Shown here one piece after another: positions 25,413 to 32,841 of a DNA stretch of 64,000 nt. The notes under the pieces were generated by a model, which worked only from the letters and a program-made list of their open reading frames with translations, made no database searches and had not been told where the DNA came from. The stretch spans positions 372,001 to 436,000 of the IMG/VR virus record IMGVR_UViG_3300024239_000011; one strand, given 5' to 3'. Every line of letters begins with the position of its first letter. Positions within the stretch are counted from its first letter, which is position 1. The position numbers and the translations under genes were made by a program.

Positions 25413-26928
25413 TCTTCGGTACCTCAATACGCGGGAAGACAATTGACGGTTCGGGAAGCTTCGCCTCGTAGGGGATGAGAACGTCCTGATGCCGAATTTC
25501 CGCACTGCACAGTTTTAGAATTTTTTCCGCCGATGCGGGAATGACCGGCTGAAGCAGGAACGCCACCTTGACGACGTTCTGAAGAGTGTCGCTCAACACC
25601 TCGTTCAGCTTGTCCGGATCATCTTTCAGCTTCCACGGCTCAGCCGCCGAGAACACACGATTGATATCCGTGGTTGCCGCATGAAGGTGTTCCAGGGCGC
25701 CACGGAAATCCAACGCAGCAAATGCCGCTTGGGCAAAGCTGGCGTAGGTTTCCACCCGGCTGGTCAAGGAAGACCCCACCGCCGAAAACCGCACGATGCC
25801 ATCACAATGGCGATGCAACAGGGTTAGTGCCCTGTTCAACAGGTTACCCAGATCATTGGCGAGTTCGCTATTGTACCGCTTCGTGATGGCATCTTCCGAG
25901 AATTCTCCATCATCACCGAAATTGACTTCACGAAGCAGGAAATACCGCAGCGCGTCCAACCCGTATTTTTCGATTAACGCGGGGACACTGACCGCATTCC
26001 CTTCAGACTTGCCAATCTTCTGCTGTTTGACCAGTTTGTTGCTCGGACGCGTCCACCAACCATGGGCGAATACGCGATTGGGAACCGGCAGACCCGCAGC
26101 CAAAAGAAAAGCAGGCCAAAACACAGCATGGAAACGAACGATATCCTTGCCAACGACATGGGTTACGTCATAACCAGTCCAATCGGTTGCGGGATACCCG
26201 GCAACGGAAAGGTAATTGGTCAGCGCATCCAACCACACATAAATGACGTGTTTTTCGTCCCCAGGCACCGGGATGCCCCAGGAAATGGACGACCGCGACA
26301 CACAAAGGTCATCAAGCCCGCCCTTGACAAATTGCCGCACCTCATTCCGGCGCGGCACCGGCTGAACAAAATCCGTTTCGTACAACTTCAGGAGTTCGTC
26401 GCCCCATTGCGAGAGCCGGAAGAAATAGGCTTCCTCTTCCACCCACTCACACGTGGCGCCGGTTGGATTTGCAGTGACAATCTTACCACCATCAGTATTT
26501 TCGGTAATCGTCACCTCGGACTCTGTGTAATAGGCTTCGTCCTTGAGAGCATACCACCCACCATAGGTGCCCTTGTAAATTTGGTTACGCTCGACCAGGG
26601 TGTTCCATAAATGAATTACCGCTTCGCGGTGCCTGTCATCGGTGGTGCGGATAAAATCGTCGGGAACAACCCCGATCAACGGAAGCAAATTGCGAAAATG
26701 TTGGGAAACATCGTCCACGAAGTCCTTCGGTGCAATTCCTGCCAGTGCAGCCGATTTCTGGACCTTCTGACCATGTTCATCGGTTCCAGTGGTGAACAAC
26801 ACCTCATCGCCATGAAGGCGGTGGAAACGCGCCAAAACGTCGCAAACCACAGTGGTGTACGCATGACCGATATGGGGACGGTCATTCACGTAATAGATGG
26901 GGGTCGTGATTAGCCGCTGTTTGTTCAT
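25405..26928 (-). CDS. metG: Methionyl-tRNA synthetase (short monomeric MetRS1 type)
   Basis: ITTPIYYVN..PHIGHAY, GTDEHGQK, YVWLDALTNY, GKDI.RFH..FWPA, KIGKS (KMSKS-like). Confidence 0.96.
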   Translation of the reverse strand: MNKQRLITTPIYYVNDRPHIGHAYTTVVCDVLARFHRLHGDEVLFTTGTDEHGQKVQKSAALAGIAPKDFVDDVSQHFRNLLPLIGVVPDDFIRTTDDRHREAVIHLWNTLVERNQIYKGTYGGWYALKDEAYYTESEVTITENTDGGKIVTANPTGATCEWVEEEAYFFRLSQWGDELLKLYETDFVQPVPRRNEVRQFVKGGLDDLCVSRSSISWGIPVPGDEKHVIYVWLDALTNYLSVAGYPATDWTGYDVTHVVGKDIVRFHAVFWPAFLLAAGLPVPNRVFAHGWWTRPSNKLVKQQKIGKSEGNAVSVPALIEKYGLDALRYFLLREVNFGDDGEFSEDAITKRYNSELANDLGNLLNRALTLLHRHCDGIVRFSAVGSSLTSRVETYASFAQAAFAALDFRGALEHLHAATTDINRVFSAAEPWKLKDDPDKLNEVLSDTLQNVVKVAFLLQPVIPASAEKILKLCSAEIRHQDVLIPYEAKLPEPSIVFPRIEVPKNA

Positions 26929-26993
26929 GGGTCATTCCTGTCTACTCGAACCCAGACCGTTTAGCACGTCAGATGTATAGAATCAAGGCAGAC

Positions 26994-27022
26994 AAAAAGA
27001 AAAGGGCGGTTTCCCGCCCCTT
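26994..27022 (-). terminator. Intrinsic terminator
   Basis: GC stem gggcgg/ccgccc with a U-tract on the minus strand. Confidence 0.7.
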
Positions 27023-27275
27023 ACCAAGGGTCCACCATTTGGCGTTTGAGCCGACGACCTTCCTCGGCGGAAACAATTCGTCCTTCACCCATGTCCTTGA
27101 TGAAGTTCTCGCATTCCGCCTTGGTCATCACGTCCGATACGAAATGCGTACCGACAACACAATGTGTACCGACAACTTCAGGAACCGAAACGGGAACCGG
27201 CTGGGGTCGATACCCACGCACTGCCTGCTCGGATTGCTGCAAATACTGATACGGTTTCATTTCGAACCTACGCAT
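27021..27275 (-). CDS. Hypothetical protein
   Basis: Start overlapping the HNH stop, SD GAGG. Confidence 0.5.
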   Translation of the reverse strand: MRRFEMKPYQYLQQSEQAVRGYRPQPVPVSVPEVVGTHCVVGTHFVSDVMTKAECENFIKDMGEGRIVSAEEGRRLKRQMVDPW

Positions 27276-27621
27276 AATCAGCCTCGTGTTTCTTTCGAAG
27301 ATGTTCTGGGTAGCGCCCAGAACGTGCCCATAAATCTTCTTTCGGGCGTTCAGCAACTCGTTGCCGACCGCGTTCCTCATTGCACTTTTTACAAGCTGCA
27401 ACGTGCCGTTTATCTTCGGTCATCACTTGGCGTTGTGGGTGAAATCGATCAAACAAATGATCAAGGGTACAAAGATTATCGGGGAAATGCCGTGTCTTCG
27501 TACACGTATCATGATCGAAATCCAACAACATCGGATTACCGCACCAATAACATTTTCCACCTTGCTCGTGGTAGCATTTGATGCGGGAACGACGCCTTTT
27601 TTCAGAAGACGAAATAGTCAT
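27268..27621 (-). CDS. Small HNH endonuclease
   Basis: QGGKCYWCG...TLDHL...VAACKKCN. Confidence 0.85.
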   Translation of the reverse strand: MTISSSEKRRRSRIKCYHEQGGKCYWCGNPMLLDFDHDTCTKTRHFPDNLCTLDHLFDRFHPQRQVMTEDKRHVAACKKCNEERGRQRVAERPKEDLWARSGRYPEHLRKKHEADYA

Positions 27622-27627
27622 ATTGGA

Positions 27628-27942
27628 TTATTTACGAATCACCTTAACGTGGATGCGGTGGAAGAACGTCGAGAAGTCCCACTTGGACATGGGAACCCCC
27701 TCGATCTTGATCTTCACATTAGGGTTGTAGTCCGCAGTAAACCACTTCAGAAGTTCTTTAAACGCTTTACACGCGGCTTTTTCTTCCTCGTCAGATGGGC
27801 GATGCCCTGGACCTTGCCCGTGAAACCGATACCCATAGAGTTCGGCTTCGTCGCCCGCGTACCTGTTATTACCATGGTAGCATTCCACCAACTCGGCATA
27901 CAACCGGGCAATATCTTTTACTGGGAGGTTGATCAAGGACAT
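27628..27942 (-). CDS. Hypothetical protein
   Basis: 104-aa ORF. Confidence 0.6.
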   Translation of the reverse strand: MSLINLPVKDIARLYAELVECYHGNNRYAGDEAELYGYRFHGQGPGHRPSDEEEKAACKAFKELLKWFTADYNPNVKIKIEGVPMSKWDFSTFFHRIHVKVIRK

Positions 27943-28044
27943 TACTTATACCTATCAAGTACAATCACAAGAATGGCGAACCCCATAAGTAGGACTTGGG
28001 TGGGCGTCAAACATTCCGCCCACCCAACCCCTTATACCAGCATA

Positions 28045-30498
28045 TTAGGCAGCTTTCTTGCCCAAAATCGCAGCTTCCTTAGCGGCTTCTTTCTGATCCT
28101 TCACACGCTGAAGGCTATCCGCCACGGTCTTGTCAAGTCGCAGTTCCACGAATCTCGGGAGGAAAAGTGAGTACCGACCGTTGCTTCCCGTGGGCGGCAT
28201 GATGTCGTTGGCTTTGACGGTCATGATCTTACCGATCACATTATCACGATCCTTCCAAAGCTGCTGACGCATGGCATCGGTATAGCCCGACACGTCAACC
28301 GAAAGCAAACCATCCGACGTGCGGCAGGTAATCGATCCGAATGTGCTTTCGTTCTTACCGTTACCGGCGACGAAGCCGACGATTTCCAGATCAACCTCAA
28401 ACTCCATCTTGAGCTTGACCTGTTCCTTTGAAGTGCCATCCTTCCAGATAGCGCCCGGCATCTTGATGACGGTGCCTTCCTTGCCGCGACCCAGCATGTC
28501 GATATAGTGTTCGTAGGCTTCGCGCAGCGAATGAACCACGCGGGTCGGGATCAGGCGAACCAGACCAGTTTCGGTCAGCTTCGTCATCAGGGCGCCCAGT
28601 TCGTCTTCCGGCAGCGTCTTGATCGCAGCCAGGGTCATACCCGCCAACTGCGCCACCAGAGACAGCAGACGTTCGCGGTACGCGACGTTGTACTTGCCCT
28701 TTGGCTTCACTTCTGACAGCGGGATTTGGTCCCAGATCATGTAGATCGGCTGCTCGTTGGCAGCGAAGGTACCGCCCTTGAGAACGCTATTGAGGATACC
28801 GTTACCGATCTCGCGCGGCAGAACCTTGCCGTCACGCAACACCAGCAATTCGCCGTGTTGCTGCGTGCCCGTGGACAGGCGAGAACGGATTTCGTCCACC
28901 AGGGCGGGGAACTGCTCGATGGGGAACGGCGAACCCTGACGGCTGGCGATACCAACCACACCCGCAGCTTCGTTGTCCACGTTGGCGAACATACCGTCCG
29001 CCTTCTCCTGGGATAGCACACCAAGCTTCCAGTCCCACGTGTCCAGCTTCACATCTTTAGGAAGCGAACAGCGCATGTACGGGAACTCGGGGATCAACCC
29101 CTTCACCGCCTTGTTGATGGTGCTTTCAGAGAAATTAGCGCGCAAATCCTTGCGCACGATGCGCCACAATAGATCAGCCGAAGCCTGGGTCAGGCGTTCA
29201 GTTTCCGCCCGGAACGCTTCACGGGCATCGCCGCCGGTCAGCTTGCGGGCGATCAGTTCATCGAGAATCTGCCACGTCTTGGCGTCGAAGGTGGCGGCAC
29301 CAAACGGACCCGTGGGACGCGCCGGAATGATGCCGTAGGTCTTGAAGGGGTTGTAGGTGTATTCCAGCACCCGGCAGAAAGCGGCGTCGCCCGCCGCGCC
29401 CTTAACCATCGACTCCTTGGCGTTCTTGCTCGATTCACCCGCGATCTTGTCGATCAACGCGAGGATGGCATCGGACCCGCCATTAGACGAAGCGGCAACC
29501 ACGGGCGCCGACTTGCCCATATCAAAATCGATCCAAGCAGCCGACGTACCGGCGGTGTAAAGGGCATTGGAATTCTTGATCAGGACGCCACCAACCTGGG
29601 CACAATAATCCGCGAATTCCTTGGCGGCATCCGGGGCGTCGAAATCGATCAGCTTCTTCGGAGCAACATAGACGTTGCCATCGGTGAAATGCTGGAACAT
29701 CCCGGTAAGGGCAGCCAGCACCTCGACGCGATCCTTCTGGGTGATCGAGCAGGTACCCGCCTTGAAATCCGCAAACGGGATCACATCGACCACCGCGAAC
29801 TTGGTCGGAGTGGCAGCCGTGAACCCGCCATCCAAAACGATGCTGCCCGGCACTCCGGGCAGCATCTTTTCCAGACCCTTTACGATATCCGGATAGCTGT
29901 GGTTCTCGCGCCCGAAGCTGGCATGCAGGGTTACGGTACCCGCATCCTTATTGATCACCGCGAACAACCGGGACGCCAGTTTGACATCCAAATACTGGGG
30001 ACCGGTCGGCAGGGTCGTGGAAACCGTCGCCACTTGGGCGCCGAAAATGGGGATCAGATACTTAGTGGCATCACCACCGATCTGGCTCAGAACCGCATTA
30101 ATCTCGTAGGGACGGATATTGCAGCGAAGGTCGCGCAGCAGAATGCGGCGGTACCAAAGATTCCATTCCTTAGCATCGGAAAGATTCGCCGCCTTCATCG
30201 CAGCAGCGCGGGCGTTATCGCCCGACAATTCACGGGACGCCAGCTTGCTGGTCAAGTTGGTGAAATCCGCCCACGACAGGGTATCGACCGCAAACAGGTC
30301 ACCCAGATCATTGCCGTCTTCCTGAATTTCAGGAGCCTTGGTCAGACCAAAGGTCTGATAGTTGTCGTAACAGAGCCGGGCGCCTTCGAAGAACTCGATG
30401 CATCCCGCATCCCAGGCAGCGCGAATGATGGTTTCCTTCGCAGCCGTATCGCTGGCAGCGGTAGCGGCAAGTTTCTCGACAACGTGAATGGGCTTCAT
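28045..30498 (-). CDS. ATP-dependent DNA ligase with an extra degenerate ligase module at the N-terminus
   Basis: C-terminal module: EKADG, SRQG, HGEL, WDQIP, EGTVIK, VKLK, LPRF; the N-terminal module repeats DBD+NTase with degraded motifs; TTGATT-N17-TAGGAT at 30526-30554. Confidence 0.9.
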   Translation of the reverse strand: MKPIHVVEKLAATAASDTAAKETIIRAAWDAGCIEFFEGARLCYDNYQTFGLTKAPEIQEDGNDLGDLFAVDTLSWADFTNLTSKLASRELSGDNARAAAMKAANLSDAKEWNLWYRRILLRDLRCNIRPYEINAVLSQIGGDATKYLIPIFGAQVATVSTTLPTGPQYLDVKLASRLFAVINKDAGTVTLHASFGRENHSYPDIVKGLEKMLPGVPGSIVLDGGFTAATPTKFAVVDVIPFADFKAGTCSITQKDRVEVLAALTGMFQHFTDGNVYVAPKKLIDFDAPDAAKEFADYCAQVGGVLIKNSNALYTAGTSAAWIDFDMGKSAPVVAASSNGGSDAILALIDKIAGESSKNAKESMVKGAAGDAAFCRVLEYTYNPFKTYGIIPARPTGPFGAATFDAKTWQILDELIARKLTGGDAREAFRAETERLTQASADLLWRIVRKDLRANFSESTINKAVKGLIPEFPYMRCSLPKDVKLDTWDWKLGVLSQEKADGMFANVDNEAAGVVGIASRQGSPFPIEQFPALVDEIRSRLSTGTQQHGELLVLRDGKVLPREIGNGILNSVLKGGTFAANEQPIYMIWDQIPLSEVKPKGKYNVAYRERLLSLVAQLAGMTLAAIKTLPEDELGALMTKLTETGLVRLIPTRVVHSLREAYEHYIDMLGRGKEGTVIKMPGAIWKDGTSKEQVKLKMEFEVDLEIVGFVAGNGKNESTFGSITCRTSDGLLSVDVSGYTDAMRQQLWKDRDNVIGKIMTVKANDIMPPTGSNGRYSLFLPRFVELRLDKTVADSLQRVKDQKEAAKEAAILGKKAA

Positions 30499-30553
30499 AT
30501 GAGACGACTCCGTGAACGATAAATAATCCTAGCAGGCTTTCCGGAGAAAATCA

Positions 30554-30943
30554 ATGCCACGTGGACATGTTATCGCTGGTGTAATAATTATGGCATTAGC
30601 TGCGTGTGCGCCACGCTTTGACCAGAATGAATTTTTGTTGGTAGCGTCAGTGAAACAACAATCACTCAACGGATTCAAAGCATGCGACACCGACCCTTAT
30701 AGTGCAATTGATCAGTATGGGTCAAAAACTTTTGAAGCAACTCAATTATACGCCATTTACAGTGAATACTTGTTAGATAATCGGTTGTCTTATCAGATGT
30801 CTAACCAGCTTTATGCCATGGCCAACGAATTAACTGCCAAAAAAGGTAAAGTAGTTAGCAAATTTTACTGTCGTGAAAAATTCAACAACCTAACAATCGC
30901 CGCCGACAGAATTTTAGAAGCATTAGCCAAAAAGGACAGGTAA
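30554..30943 (+). CDS. Late lipoprotein
   Basis: Lipobox ALAAC; SD GGAG; ATAAATA at 30519. Confidence 0.7.
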   Translation: MPRGHVIAGVIIMALAACAPRFDQNEFLLVASVKQQSLNGFKACDTDPYSAIDQYGSKTFEATQLYAIYSEYLLDNRLSYQMSNQLYAMANELTAKKGKVVSKFYCREKFNNLTIAADRILEALAKKDR

Positions 30944-30944
30944 A

Positions 30945-31193
30945 ATGACAACTAATATTTTAGAAGACCTTATCGGATCGGACGATAAAATCGTAAAAAC
31001 AACAGCCGTCAAATTAAAGGCATATCAAGGTGCTTTGGAAATGGGTGAAATGTCCAAAGCGGAATACGACGAACTGATAGCAGACTTACTTGATCTTTCA
31101 GGAATTGATCATCTGGCGTCCGATCTTGAACGAAAGACTGCTATAAGAAAAGCATTTGAAACTATGTTAAGTATAGCATCAGTAGTGGCTTAA
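30945..31193 (+). CDS. Hypothetical protein paired with the lipoprotein
   Basis: 82-aa helical ORF 1 nt downstream. Confidence 0.65.
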   Translation: MTTNILEDLIGSDDKIVKTTAVKLKAYQGALEMGEMSKAEYDELIADLLDLSGIDHLASDLERKTAIRKAFETMLSIASVVA

Positions 31194-31840
31194 CGGGAAA
31201 ATACCTGTTCCATAAGGTCTTCAAGTTCTTCAGTCTTGACCACCGTGAACCCCATCCGATTAAGCTCTTCAATGAACATTTGCGGAGTTTTTTCATCAAC
31301 TTTACGATAGTCGTTCGGGAGTTCTTGCCACGGACGAAGCATCGGATGGGTTTTTGCACGAGGATTCACTTTTTCACCATAGCGCCAACCTTTCTGTACC
31401 CGTTCGTTCATCCACATAGTATGCTGTGATTTAGCAATCGCTTCGCATAGTTTTTCATAAGAATCGTCTTTGACCACAATGGCGTCAGCGAGCATTTCGC
31501 GCTGCTGTGATATTTCAACCTGGGTTGTTTCTAATAAAAAGTCTTTGTCGTAGTAGGTATTCCACTGCTCTAAAACGGTCTTGATTTCTTTGTTGGTCAA
31601 ATCACGCTTCAAAGGAATGTCGTAGATATGTTTTCCATCAGCCATTTTACGGTGAATCAACATAACTTCAGCGGGACCACCTTTCGGGCGCACTAATGAT
31701 ACTGATGAAATGATGTTCTGCGGTCCATAAGTCTCTACGATCTTAAACCACCGACGAACGTCGGTCTTACTAAGCTCTTCATCGACTTGGATTCGGATAT
31801 AGCGTGGTAGTTTGACGGCCACTGGTTGGGACGCATCCAT
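31190..31840 (-). CDS. RyR-domain protein
   Basis: H..WM.ER...GWRYG.....KTHPMLRPW.ELP. Confidence 0.85.
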   Translation of the reverse strand: MDASQPVAVKLPRYIRIQVDEELSKTDVRRWFKIVETYGPQNIISSVSLVRPKGGPAEVMLIHRKMADGKHIYDIPLKRDLTNKEIKTVLEQWNTYYDKDFLLETTQVEISQQREMLADAIVVKDDSYEKLCEAIAKSQHTMWMNERVQKGWRYGEKVNPRAKTHPMLRPWQELPNDYRKVDEKTPQMFIEELNRMGFTVVKTEELEDLMEQVFSR

Positions 31841-31852
31841 TAGATCACCTCT

Positions 31853-32164
31853 TTATGAATTTTTCTTTGTATCTTCGTACACCGCACCAAATATATACGA
31901 CCCTAAAATTGCACCCGCCAATGAAAATGCCGATGTAACAATGGTTTCATATAGACGACTATCAGTACCTTTATACATGATATAGCCTATACAAATTGCA
32001 CAAAATACTAACGTGCAAATAATCAGTTTACGTCTTATTTTCCACGAACCATTATTATTACGATTTATCGCAGCCAGAGCATGACCCATCGGAGCAAGCT
32101 CTGGTATAACCGCAATTGCTGGATTTACCGCCATCGATGTATTAATACTCTCGTCCTCACTCAT
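31853..32164 (-). CDS. Small 2-TM protein (holin-like candidate)
   Basis: WKIRRK + TM1, TM2 ending GSYIFGAVYED. Confidence 0.55.
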   Translation of the reverse strand: MSEDESINTSMAVNPAIAVIPELAPMGHALAAINRNNNGSWKIRRKLIICTLVFCAICIGYIMYKGTDSRLYETIVTSAFSLAGAILGSYIFGAVYEDTKKNS

Positions 32165-32677
32165 ATTCTTTCTCCTTTCGTCGTTGGAGAGCTTCACTTA
32201 TCTTTTTCTTATGCTCTTCTGAAAGTTTTCTACCTCTATTACCAGAACCGAGTTTCATGCGCGTTTCATCAGAAATAATGCGTTTATGATTTGCCTCTCC
32301 AATTTTTCGTCTATGTTCTTCTGAAAGTTTTCTTCCAGATAACGCCTTGCTCAAGTTTTGACAATGTTCTTCTGAAAAATTTCTTCCATAATTAGGATGA
32401 TTTTCACCAGTATTTAGTTCTCGAAGTTTTTCTCGTGTTTCATCTGACAATTTCATTCCTGTGTGACTATCGGACATTTTCTTACATATTTCTTCGCTCA
32501 TCTTTTTTCCAAACCAATGTCCCAATAGTTGAATTGACTGCCAGGGAACATTTCATTGCTCTCATCAGTTCCGCCAAAAGCGCGCGGTATGACATGATGC
32601 GTCTCAGTATAACAAGTTGGAACATCACGATTTCTGGCGCGTTCAATAAGTTGCGCATAAACAAATTCATGTTTCAT
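32157..32677 (-). pseudogene. Disrupted HNH-NUMOD3 homing endonuclease
   Basis: 5' part Y..LI.RA..R....YTETHHVIPRAFGGTD; 3' NUMOD3 repeats in another frame; the IVELTAREHFIA codons lie on the opposite strand (32525-32561). Confidence 0.8.
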
Positions 32678-32781
32678 AATGAGAAAACTCCTGATATAAA
32701 TAGCGTTGGTGGGACAGCCCGGCATACTCCTGACTGGGTTTTCTGTCGTTACGAGCGACAGAATTACCATCAGTATTTAGC

Positions 32782-32809
32782 AAAAAGGGCGGGATTTCTC
32801 CCGCCCTTT
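32782..32809. terminator. Intrinsic terminator
   Basis: aaaaagggcggga-tttc-tcccgcccttt. Confidence 0.8.
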
Positions 32810-32841
32810 CTTATAAGAACAACTGATGTAATTGTGTTAAA

